Source: an uncultured virus (IMG/VR IMGVR_UViG_3300042691_054280) (taxonomy: Duplodnaviria; Heunggongvirae; Uroviricota; Caudoviricetes; Crassvirales). Taken from it: DNA of 23,331 bases. Each line of letters begins with the position of its first letter. Positions within the stretch are counted from its first letter, which is position 1. The position numbers were made by a program, and so were the translations under genes. The stretch is taken from IMG/VR virus record IMGVR_UViG_3300042691_054280; one strand, written 5' to 3'. Below the pieces are notes generated by a model. That model did no database searches and was not told the DNA's origin. It saw nothing but the letters and a program-made list of their open reading frames with translations. Shown here in pieces: positions 14,852 through 22,379 of the stretch.

Positions 14852-15100
14852 ATGAAAAATATATTAGTAACATTTACAAGTTTAACATTATTGTTTTCTT
14901 GTGAACCCAAAGAACAAAAATCAGAATTTACCAATCAAAAAACTGAAATCGGTAAAGAATCTTATACTGTAATTCATAATGAATGTTGTTCTTTTGAAAT
15001 TTATGAAGTACGTATAAAAGGTCATTTGTATCTATATACACCTGTTAGAGAAGGGATTTCCATTACACACGCTGGACATTGTGATAATACTCATCAGTAA
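14852..15100 (+). CDS. Putative lipoprotein (82 aa)
   Basis: MKNILVTFTSLTLLFSC lipobox-like N-terminus; C-terminal HAGHC. Confidence 0.8.
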   Translation: MKNILVTFTSLTLLFSCEPKEQKSEFTNQKTEIGKESYTVIHNECCSFEIYEVRIKGHLYLYTPVREGISITHAGHCDNTHQ

Positions 15101-15115
15101 ATTAAATTAAATAAA

Positions 15116-15271
15116 ATGATAAGAATTGGTGATATAGTACTTCATACACTTTCAAAATTATACTTTATTTGTGAAAACAATAAACAAGAAAGGTGGATGA
15201 ATATGAATTCATATTATGTTAAATCAAATGATGTAACTTTATTATCAACATACTTTAAAAAACAATTATAA
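15116..15271 (+). CDS. Hypothetical protein (51 aa, MIRIGDIVLHTLSK...)
   Basis: Hand translation; aattaaataaaATG leader; stop 3 nt before repeat 2. Confidence 0.65.
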   Translation: MIRIGDIVLHTLSKLYFICENNKQERWMNMNSYYVKSNDVTLLSTYFKKQL

Positions 15272-15274
15272 AAT

Positions 15275-15397
15275 AGTCAGGTGGCGAAAAAGTAGACGCA
15301 GAGGGACTAACATCCTCGGAATAGGGAGTATAAAAAAGTTAGGTTATAGGTACCGAACACTCCAGACCCCGTACAGGTTCGAATCCTGTCCTGACTA
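15275..15397 (+). ncRNA. tRNA-like repeat 2 (Leu-like, oversized variable region; 123 nt)
   Basis: AGTCAGG-TG-GCG..TAGACGC D-arm; GAGGG-ACTAACA-TCCTC arm; ~55-nt extra region; ACAGG-TTCGAAT-CCTGT-CCTGACT-A. Confidence 0.8.
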
Positions 15398-15411
15398 CAA
15401 AAATAAAGATT

Positions 15412-15579
15412 ATGGAAACGATTAATATTACAACAGAAAAACTAAAAAAATTAGTTGAAACAGCAATTCAATTTGGGATTGATAGTCCTGAATTAGTCCC
15501 AAACCAAAAAGGAAGAGAAAAAATTGCAAATTGGATGGTAGAGAACACCATTAAAGATATAAAAGGACAAAGGGAATAA
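15412..15579 (+). CDS. Hypothetical protein (55 aa, METINITTEKLKK...)
   Basis: Hand translation; the only gene between repeats 2 and 3. Confidence 0.7.
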   Translation: METINITTEKLKKLVETAIQFGIDSPELVPNQKGREKIANWMVENTIKDIKGQRE

Positions 15580-15582
15580 AAT

Positions 15583-15684
15583 AGTCAGGTGGCGAAATTG
15601 GTAGACGCGCCTCGATAACCTGGGGTGGGAATAAATTGAGGTCTAACAACGGTTCCCGTATAGGTTCGAATCCTGTCCTGACTG
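15583..15684 (+). ncRNA. tRNA-like repeat 3 (Leu-type D-arm, irregular anticodon arm; 102 nt)
   Basis: AGTCAGG-TG-GCGAAATTGGTAGACGC; CCTCG-ATAACC-TGGGG; GGGAA..TTCCC extra arm; ATAGG-TTCGAAT-CCTGT-CCTGACT-G. Confidence 0.8.
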
Positions 15685-15706
15685 CTAACTTTAAAATTAA
15701 ATAAAA

Positions 15707-15925
15707 ATGGAAAATTCATTTTATGACAGACTTCTTATTGAAGCACAGGAATTAGCAACAAAAACAAATGCTTTAAACGATTTTATGCGTACACAAGCAT
15801 TTATTGATTTAGACCGCCAAAATAAAGATTTACTTTACAAACAATCAAGATTGATGAATGAGTATTTGCAAGTTTTAGGTCAAAGGTTAGAGATTTTAGG
15901 AGAAAAGTTTTCTTTTAAAAAATAA
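15707..15925 (+). CDS. Small helical phage protein (72 aa), resembling the crAss001_48-related family
   Basis: RLLIEAQEL...LNDF...F..LD...LL..Q...M..YL.VL..R pattern, recalled from memory; the only gene between repeats 3 and 4. Confidence 0.75.
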   Translation: MENSFYDRLLIEAQELATKTNALNDFMRTQAFIDLDRQNKDLLYKQSRLMNEYLQVLGQRLEILGEKFSFKK

Positions 15926-15934
15926 TCATTAAAT

Positions 15935-16016
15935 GGTCAGGTGGCGCAAGGGTAGCGTGATGGTGGACCTTCGGGAAGCAAACCATAGGTTACAGGTTCA
16001 AGTCCTGTCCTGATTA
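15935..16016 (+). ncRNA. tRNA-like repeat 4 (17-nt anticodon loop containing CC-TTCG-GG; 82 nt)
   Basis: GGTCAGG/CCTGATT acceptor; GCGC/GCGT D-stem; ATGGT/ACCAT stem; ACAGG-TTCAAGT-CCTGT. Confidence 0.8.
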
Positions 16017-16018
16017 CT

Positions 16019-16171
16019 ATGATTAATCCCTACTTACCAAAAGTTGAGTACATCAACGACAGACTTTACGTCTACGGAATGCCGGTCGAAAGATTAATCA
16101 AAAACGGTACACGAATTTCATTCGTTTCTTGTGGTATGATCATCGGCACTACTGGCATTTTTTCAGAGTGA
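16019..16171 (+). CDS. Hypothetical protein (50 aa, MINPYLPKVEY...)
   Basis: Hand translation; ATG 2 nt after repeat 4. Confidence 0.45.
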   Translation: MINPYLPKVEYINDRLYVYGMPVERLIKNGTRISFVSCGMIIGTTGIFSE

Positions 16172-16227
16172 TTCCGTCTTCAGTAAGGGTCAGAGCGGTA
16201 ACCAATCCAGGTAATTCCCTTCTGATT

Positions 16228-16275
16228 GCCCGGGCAGCAAGGAGAGCAATCTCCTTGCACTCGGGCTAAGTTTTT
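16228..16275 (+). terminator. Long hairpin with GCAA tetraloop, probable terminator or processing site
   Basis: gcccggg-ca-gcaaggaga-GCAA-tctccttgc-a-ctcgggc, then taagttttt. Confidence 0.6.
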
Positions 16276-16317
16276 CAAACAGTTTACTAACGCAGATATC
16301 TGCACAATTCTACTTCT

Positions 16318-16701
16318 ATGAACATCAAAGAAATTGCAACTGAAATCCACTCAGTAAATGTGGAAAAAGGGTTCTGGCCCGAAGACAAGAAATCCAGAAA
16401 CGTGGGAGAACTTTTGATGCTCGTTACATCTGAACTTGGAGAGGCTCTTGAAGCACATCGTAAAAGTGCTTTTGCTGATGTTGAAAAGTATAAGGCAGCT
16501 CTTGAGGCAGTTGATGGTAGTATTATGCCGGCAGCGCATTTCAAAACTCACATGAAGGACACATTCGAAGACGAAATTGCAGATGCAGTCATTCGTCTTT
16601 TGGATTTGGCCGAAGGACTGGAAATCGATCTTGAGTTCCACATTCGTCACAAGGTAGACTTCAACAAAACACGTGAAAAGCTCCATGGAAAAAACTATTG
16701 A
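16318..16701 (+). CDS. MazG-like / all-alpha NTP pyrophosphohydrolase
   Basis: ELLMLVTSELGEALEAHRK...EDEIADAVIRLLD (ExxE...ExxD), basic C-terminus ending HGKNY. Confidence 0.85.
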   Translation: MNIKEIATEIHSVNVEKGFWPEDKKSRNVGELLMLVTSELGEALEAHRKSAFADVEKYKAALEAVDGSIMPAAHFKTHMKDTFEDEIADAVIRLLDLAEGLEIDLEFHIRHKVDFNKTREKLHGKNY

Positions 16702-16780
16702 TCCCGGCTGGCGTCCCGGAAGTTCTGATGTTGAATCTTCAGACTTCTGTGACTTAGATTTTGAGTCTTCAGATTTCTAA
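16685..16780 (+). CDS. Possible 31-aa acidic peptide with a duplicated DxESSDF motif
   Basis: MEKTIDPGWRPGSSDVESSDFCDLDFESSDF; the 22-nt direct repeat differs mostly at synonymous positions. Confidence 0.4.
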   Translation: MEKTIDPGWRPGSSDVESSDFCDLDFESSDF

Positions 16781-16797
16781 CTGTAAAACTTCAAAGC

Positions 16798-17367
16798 ATG
16801 GAATCAACCACTAAAAAACCTCACCAGCTTAAAAATGGGCACGCCGTAGTATGTTATACACCACAAGATCGAGTTGAATTAATCAAAGCTGCTGATGTAG
16901 CCGGAATTGCAGTGTATTCAGCAACTAGACACTCTGCTTCTGAATATCCTGATTTATGCTGGAGTAATAATACACTTCAAGGTCTCAGTATATTACCAGG
17001 AGTATACTATAATTGGCTTCCCTTTGATGAATTCCTACTTCGAATTTATGGAAACTTTGAAAAGTCGAATAGTGTAGAAGTACCGGCAATACCAGATGGT
17101 AAAACTCTTGAATACGCTATACCGTTTGATTTTAAGCGTTGGAAAAGTGGCAATTTTGTAAGAATTGAAACTCTTGCCGGCGATAAAGTCGAAGAGTTAC
17201 ATGAATTCGAATTCGGTAAAGATCCTGTTGGGAGTCGTCTTACTTATCCGTTAGTTGGCTACATAGGCGCAAGTTTAAGTCTAAATAGCTTTACGCTGGA
17301 TGGAAAATTCTGGAGTGACAGAGCCGATGAATATTCAAGAGACCTTCGATTGATTGTGATACCGTAG
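16798..17367 (+). CDS. Two-domain hypothetical protein (189 aa); N-terminal domain paralogous to part of ORF 9403
   Basis: TPQDRVELI...SASEYPDLCW...WLPFDEF versus TPEQRAEII...SAAEYPNLCW...WLPFDEF. Confidence 0.85.
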   Translation: MESTTKKPHQLKNGHAVVCYTPQDRVELIKAADVAGIAVYSATRHSASEYPDLCWSNNTLQGLSILPGVYYNWLPFDEFLLRIYGNFEKSNSVEVPAIPDGKTLEYAIPFDFKRWKSGNFVRIETLAGDKVEELHEFEFGKDPVGSRLTYPLVGYIGASLSLNSFTLDGKFWSDRADEYSRDLRLIVIP

Positions 17368-17388
17368 AATTTCTTAAATTCATACAAC

Positions 17389-17682
17389 ATGAAAAAACTT
17401 TGTGTGTTGTTTTGGATACTGTTGTTCATTTTAGCAGCAGTTACATTGCATATTTCCAATACGGATTTTTTCGTAAAAGTTGGGTATGAACCTGAGCCAG
17501 AAGAAAAACTCCCAACAAAGAGCGTTGAACAGATTGACTCTTTGGCTTCTGTGTATGCAGATCTTGAACGTAAGGTAGAGATTTTAAATCGATACCTGAT
17601 GGTCAAGCACATTGAATACATGGAAGTTTGCAATCTGACATATTCACCATCAAAACCTTTGGAATACAAGCATGAGCCTTGA
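17389..17682 (+). CDS. Membrane-anchored or secreted small protein (97 aa)
   Basis: N-terminal MKK plus hydrophobic segment, short coiled coil. Confidence 0.75.
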   Translation: MKKLCVLFWILLFILAAVTLHISNTDFFVKVGYEPEPEEKLPTKSVEQIDSLASVYADLERKVEILNRYLMVKHIEYMEVCNLTYSPSKPLEYKHEP

Positions 17683-17833
17683 TAAAGACCAGTTGAAAAT
17701 GGAGAAGTTTTTGAACAGCGTTACAAATTCAGTGTACCTGTTGTCAAAAGCAAATCCATCAAAGAAATTGCTGAAAATGGAAGTGTCTGTAAAAGACGCT
17801 ACATACGTTGTGGAGATCAAAAAGATTCGATAA
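17672..17833 (+). CDS. Hypothetical protein (53 aa, MSLDKDQLKMEK...)
   Basis: Hand translation; fills the gap between 17682 and 17849. Confidence 0.6.
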   Translation: MSLDKDQLKMEKFLNSVTNSVYLLSKANPSKKLLKMEVSVKDATYVVEIKKIR

Positions 17834-17848
17834 CTGACAGCAGCAAGG

Positions 17849-18427
17849 ATGGCTAAAAAGTTTGATGGCGAAAAAATTGCCGCAATACGTACAATACTAT
17901 CTTCATTGGGAGCACCATATCCTTTTGAAGTTGTAGCCGCACTTCGGAAAGTTCTCACAGATGAAAATGTTGAAATTCTGGATCTTGTTATGAATGACGT
18001 CCGATTGGATGGGCTCGTGATTAATCCACTTCCAAAGCCTCATCTTGTGAGCTTTCCGAATTTTTTGATTGCATGCATTAAAGAAGAATTGATAATGACT
18101 GATGAAGAAATATTCCATAGGAGCCACCCAGGCACCAGAAAAGGCATTATCCCTTCAGTAAAATCTTTTTTCTGTTGGTGCATGAGGCTCGAAACAAAAT
18201 TTACCTATGAAGACATTGGGCATTACTTCGAGCCACCTATTGATCACAGTACAGTAATCCATCATTGCAAAAAGGCTCTGACAGCTATGGAAAATGATTT
18301 TCTCTGGAGAATTTCAGCAGAGAGAATTGCCAAACGTCTATATGCTTCCGGGTATGTGAAAACCTGGGCTGAAATGGAAAAGCATTTTGCTGAATACGAT
18401 AATCGTGAACGTCCAAAATTCAGATAA
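17849..18427 (+). CDS. DNA-binding protein with DnaA C-terminal-like HTH
   Basis: TYEDIGHYFEPPIDHSTVIHHCKK resembles the DnaA domain IV signature IGxxFxxRDHTTVxH. Confidence 0.8.
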   Translation: MAKKFDGEKIAAIRTILSSLGAPYPFEVVAALRKVLTDENVEILDLVMNDVRLDGLVINPLPKPHLVSFPNFLIACIKEELIMTDEEIFHRSHPGTRKGIIPSVKSFFCWCMRLETKFTYEDIGHYFEPPIDHSTVIHHCKKALTAMENDFLWRISAERIAKRLYASGYVKTWAEMEKHFAEYDNRERPKFR

Positions 18428-18433
18428 AACCTT

Positions 18434-19645
18434 ATGGAGGAAACAGTGACTACACCGCTAAAACCGGTAGATGCTGCTCGAGATCAGGAGCAGCGCATAG
18501 CCCTACGTGCTTGGGCTAAAAATGGGTACCGGGGATCAGTGATAGCCGGTACTGGATTTGGAAAGAGTCGTGTAGGTATCATGGCAATTGGAGAAATGCT
18601 AAGACTACACGAAGGCAGAGGACTTGTTCTTGTGCCTACTACACAGTTGCAGGATCAGTTTGCAACTCAGTTTCATGCTTGGGGATATTCAGATGTACTT
18701 GATAGAGTAGACATTTTATGCTACCAGACAGCTTATAAGTTGTTTGACCAAACCTGGACGGTTACCGTAGCAGATGAAGTGCATCTTGGACTGTCTCCAA
18801 TGTACAGAGCAATTTTTGAGAAAAACACTCACGAACGATTGCTTTGTATGACCGCTACGTTACCTGAAGAAGACGAGTACCGAACACTTTTGGTGAATAT
18901 TGCTCAGCCAGTGTACACAATTACGCTGGACCAATGTGTCGCCAGAGGATTTGTAGCTCCGTACCGTCTTTCTTGCATTGCAGTGCAGCTTACTGATGAG
19001 GAACTTGCTAAGTACAAAAAGGCAAACAATCTGTTTGTCTACTATAAACTTCAGCTTGGTCAGTTTGATGCATTCAATGAAGCTAATCGAATTTTAGGGT
19101 CTTCCAGTGCTACACCCGAGCAGAAAAAGAATGCTACACTTTTCTACAGCGCTATCCGGCAACGAAAAGAAATTGTGCAGCATGCTCAAAGCAAAATTGA
19201 GGTTACCAAGCAGTTGCTCTTAAAGTTTCCTGAGAAGAAAGCTTTGACCTTTGCTGGTACAAATAATTTTACTGACCTGATCAATAAAACTTTGCAAGAA
19301 AGTGACATTGATTCAGATCGGTATCACTCTCTCATGAAAGCCAAAGAGCGTCGAGAAGCATTGGAAAGATTCAAGCAGGGAAGTACTCGAGTATTGTGTT
19401 CAACAAAAGCTCTCAACCAAGGATTTGACGTTCCGGATGCCCAACTTGGGATCATTTGCGGACTGGATTCAAAAGCCTTACAAATGATTCAGAGAGTCGG
19501 CCGATTAGTGCGATTTGCCCCTAACAAAATTGGGGAGATTATCGTGCTCTATGTAGCTGATTCTCAGGAAGAAGTATGGCTCAAGAATGCAGTAAGAAAT
19601 TTGTCAAACGTTGAGTGGATTGACCATGTTGATTCGTATATTTGA
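18434..19645 (+). CDS. Superfamily 2 (DExH) helicase
   Basis: AGTGFGKS, LVLVPT, DEVH, MTAT, ALNQGFDVP, IQRVGR. Confidence 0.95.
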   Translation: MEETVTTPLKPVDAARDQEQRIALRAWAKNGYRGSVIAGTGFGKSRVGIMAIGEMLRLHEGRGLVLVPTTQLQDQFATQFHAWGYSDVLDRVDILCYQTAYKLFDQTWTVTVADEVHLGLSPMYRAIFEKNTHERLLCMTATLPEEDEYRTLLVNIAQPVYTITLDQCVARGFVAPYRLSCIAVQLTDEELAKYKKANNLFVYYKLQLGQFDAFNEANRILGSSSATPEQKKNATLFYSAIRQRKEIVQHAQSKIEVTKQLLLKFPEKKALTFAGTNNFTDLINKTLQESDIDSDRYHSLMKAKERREALERFKQGSTRVLCSTKALNQGFDVPDAQLGIICGLDSKALQMIQRVGRLVRFAPNKIGEIIVLYVADSQEEVWLKNAVRNLSNVEWIDHVDSYI

Positions 19646-19675
19646 GTGCTTTACCGGCTAACCAATCCATCGAAC

Positions 19676-20248
19676 ATGATTATCGAGCTTGACACTGAGG
19701 TCCTCAGTAGCCTATCGCTGTCTCCGGACGAAATGGTGTACTTGCAAATTTTGTCAGTACAAGGAACCAACACTGGTCCATTGCCCGGGCAGATGGCTGT
19801 GAAGCTTTCGGTGGATCTTGAAAAGTTGGAAAACGATGGTTGGATAAAACTTGGTGAGGACGTGGTCCACTTGCGTGAAAGGTTTTTTTCTTTGAAAGGA
19901 AACTTTGAACAACAGTGGGCTGCGTTACTTTCCAGATTCCCAATCAAAGTAAGTACAAAAGAAGGGGTACGTGTTCTACGTGCTGCAGATCCAGATTCAA
20001 ATTCAAATGCAAAAGCCAAAAAGAAGTACAAAGCAATCGTTTCCAAATCACCTGGATTGCATGAACGAATCTTAAAAGGTTTGGAAATAGAGCTGGCGTT
20101 AAAACGTCAAACAAACTCTCTTGGCTACATGCAAATGCTTGACACTTGGATCAATAACAGCACGTGGGAAAAGTATCTGTCGTCAGATGTAAAATCCAAT
20201 TCCGATACCGATGAATCTAACTCCGGAAGGATTACAAGACTTCTCTGA
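19676..20248 (+). CDS. Putative replication initiator / helicase loader-like protein (190 aa)
   Basis: Start at ATG 19676; N-terminal wHTH-like segment; C-terminal YMQMLDTWINNSTWEKY; overlaps the DnaB-like gene; function inferred from position. Confidence 0.55.
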   Translation: MIIELDTEVLSSLSLSPDEMVYLQILSVQGTNTGPLPGQMAVKLSVDLEKLENDGWIKLGEDVVHLRERFFSLKGNFEQQWAALLSRFPIKVSTKEGVRVLRAADPDSNSNAKAKKKYKAIVSKSPGLHERILKGLEIELALKRQTNSLGYMQMLDTWINNSTWEKYLSSDVKSNSDTDESNSGRITRLL

Positions 20249-21161
20249 TCTTTCAGAGTCTTTGAAAGATTTTCAGCATATCTCTGATTCAGTAGATACT
20301 GCTTTGAATGTTATTCAAGAGGCTCAGAAAGGTAATCGAGTTGTTTTTCCTACAAAGTGGCCGAGACTCAATCGAAATCTTTTGGGAGGTTTACAGCCTG
20401 GCAAAATGTATGTAATTGCGGGACGTCCTGGGGTAGGTAAGAGTGCTTTTAGCAATCAACTGCTCTTTGACGTTTTGGAAGTCAATCAATCGAAAAATTT
20501 AGTAGTTCTCTACTGGTCTTTCGAGATGCCAGACTACCAACAAATTATGAGATCTGCAGCTCACTATCTAAATAAGCAGATCTCTGAACTTTACAGTTTG
20601 GAGCAAAAAATGTCCGATGCTGAAATCGAACAGTTTAAAACTTCAACCAATCACTTTCGAAAGTATCCTGTGTACTTCTGTTCTATTCCTCAGAACATGA
20701 ATAAAATCAAGGAGACTGTTCAGAAGGTAAACATTCGGTACCCTCATCACACTGTAATCAATCTGTTTGACCACAGCCGATTGATTCTTGGGTCAGAGGA
20801 TACAGAATTACAGAAATTGAACACTATTTCCAAAACTTGTATGTGGCTACAGGCCAGGACAGGGTGTATCAATATTCTGCTGTCACAGCTCAACAGAAAT
20901 ATCGAATCTGAGTTTCGTGCCAAAAATCAGTATCAGCCGTTGCTCACTGATCTCTTCGGCGGAGACTCTATTGGCCAAGATGCTCACGTAGTTATGATGT
21001 TGCAGCGACCATTCGATTTATATGGCATTACTGATAAGTACTGCGGTCAGGATCCCCAAGGTCTATTGGCTTGCCATGTAGAAAAAAACAGGGATGGAGT
21101 ATTAGGTATGATCCCCTATGAATCCAATCTTGCTACGTTCTCTATCGAAGAACGTAAATAA
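20211..21161 (+). CDS. dnaB: DnaB-like (SF4) replicative helicase, ATPase domain only
   Basis: AGRPGVGKS, SFEM, LSQLNR, P.L.DL...SIGQDAHVV, KNRDG. Confidence 0.93.
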   Translation: MNLTPEGLQDFSDLSESLKDFQHISDSVDTALNVIQEAQKGNRVVFPTKWPRLNRNLLGGLQPGKMYVIAGRPGVGKSAFSNQLLFDVLEVNQSKNLVVLYWSFEMPDYQQIMRSAAHYLNKQISELYSLEQKMSDAEIEQFKTSTNHFRKYPVYFCSIPQNMNKIKETVQKVNIRYPHHTVINLFDHSRLILGSEDTELQKLNTISKTCMWLQARTGCINILLSQLNRNIESEFRAKNQYQPLLTDLFGGDSIGQDAHVVMMLQRPFDLYGITDKYCGQDPQGLLACHVEKNRDGVLGMIPYESNLATFSIEERK

Positions 21162-21208
21162 GCACAAGTAAATCATTTTCAAATCATTCAAAAGTCACTG
21201 TAAAAATC

Positions 21209-21925
21209 ATGGCAGAATCACAAGCGTTTTCACTTCCGACTGAAGCAGTGCCGGCAAAGAGAAAGAGTCCTAAAAATCTCGTTCTGTACGGCCAACCTAA
21301 AATCGGAAAAACAACAGCTGTTGCAACACTGCCTAACTGTCTTATTATCGACTTGGAGATGGGAACAGACATGATCTCAGCTCTTAAAGTTCAGGTAAAT
21401 AACCTGAAAGAACTTTCAGCCCTTGGCAAGGCTATTAAGGATGCTGGAAAGCCCTACAAATACATTGCTGTGGATACTGTAACAGAGCTCGAAAGTTGGT
21501 GTGAGGCAGAAGCAAAGGTGTTGTATAAAGCAACTCCAATTGGTAAGAATTTTGACCCTGAAAACAAGGGAATCTCAGTTCTTACTTTGCCCAAAGGAGG
21601 TGGGTATTTGTACCTCCGGATAGCCATTCAGAAATGGATGAGTGCTATTGAGCAACTGGCCGATCACATTATTTGGATTGGTCACTTGAGAGACTCCAAT
21701 ATCGAAAAAGCAGGCAAAGAAGTTGCTGCAAAAGATCTGGATCTCACTGGTAAAGTCCGAAACATTGTGTGTAAAGATGCTGATGCAGTAGGATACATTT
21801 TTCGTGAAGAAGGAAAAACGATGATTTCCTTTAACTCCAACGAAAATGTAAACGCCGGTTCCCGGTGTGAGCATTTGCGCGGTCAGGTCATGGAACTTGA
21901 CTGGAGTAAAATTTTCATCGACTAA
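21209..21925 (+). CDS. AAA/P-loop ATPase, Sak4/AAA_24-like
   Basis: LYGQPKIGKTT Walker A, IIDLE.G, IAVDTVTEL Walker B, IGH, ADAVGY; lies near the SSB-like gene. Confidence 0.85.
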   Translation: MAESQAFSLPTEAVPAKRKSPKNLVLYGQPKIGKTTAVATLPNCLIIDLEMGTDMISALKVQVNNLKELSALGKAIKDAGKPYKYIAVDTVTELESWCEAEAKVLYKATPIGKNFDPENKGISVLTLPKGGGYLYLRIAIQKWMSAIEQLADHIIWIGHLRDSNIEKAGKEVAAKDLDLTGKVRNIVCKDADAVGYIFREEGKTMISFNSNENVNAGSRCEHLRGQVMELDWSKIFID

Positions 21926-21955
21926 CAACGAACACTCTAAAACATAATCTCCATT

Positions 21956-22273
21956 ATGGCAATTGATGCCCAAATGCAGCCGACTACTCCGGCCGCAAAT
22001 CTCGCTGAAGCTGCTGCTCCTAAGGAGCCGCGCCGTATCAAAATTTCTGAAATTCTCTCTGACCTGGAAAACGGTTTGGAGCGTGAAGACATTCAGAAAA
22101 AGTATGACCTGCGTCCTACCGACATAACTGAACTCTTCAAGCACCCAAAACTGAAAGGCAAGCGTGCAAAGAAGAAAGTTACTCGTCTGATCATCATTGA
22201 TGACGAAGAAGCAGGTGTTATCTCTGCATCGACAGAACTGCCAACTGCTCCGGCAGAAGAACTGGAAAACTGA
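21956..22273 (+). CDS. Small putative HTH-like protein (105 aa)
   Basis: ILSDLENGLEREDIQKKYDL...LFKHPKLKG core with flexible ends. Confidence 0.7.
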   Translation: MAIDAQMQPTTPAANLAEAAAPKEPRRIKISEILSDLENGLEREDIQKKYDLRPTDITELFKHPKLKGKRAKKKVTRLIIIDDEEAGVISASTELPTAPAEELEN

Positions 22274-22379
22274 ATTACAGCGGATGTGAGGTATAAGTTT
22301 TTTTATCCTCCTCCACTGTCTGAAATTTTCCAGAAGTTGTCAAATCAAAAAGTCAAACGAACAACAATCTACAAACAAA

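Noticed and set aside
14767..14904. 45-codon ORF MKENRKKNK... after the promoter
   Set aside because: Low complexity, and it overlaps the better-supported lipoprotein gene by 53 nt.
14010..16016. Calling the four repeats functional tRNA genes or a CRISPR array
   Set aside because: None has a canonical 7-nt anticodon loop with U33 and purine 37. The intervening sequences are whole genes of variable length, not spacers, and no cas genes are present.
13596..16030. Theta/HDV-like or hammerhead ribozymes next to the tmRNA or tRNA-like elements
   Set aside because: The 3' flanks are A-rich gene leaders with no nested double pseudoknot, and no CUGANGA/GAAA core with matching stems was found.
7079..21161. 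Inteins or introns in the polymerase and helicases
   Set aside because: Motif spacing and protein lengths leave no room for them, and no splice-junction or homing endonuclease motifs were seen.
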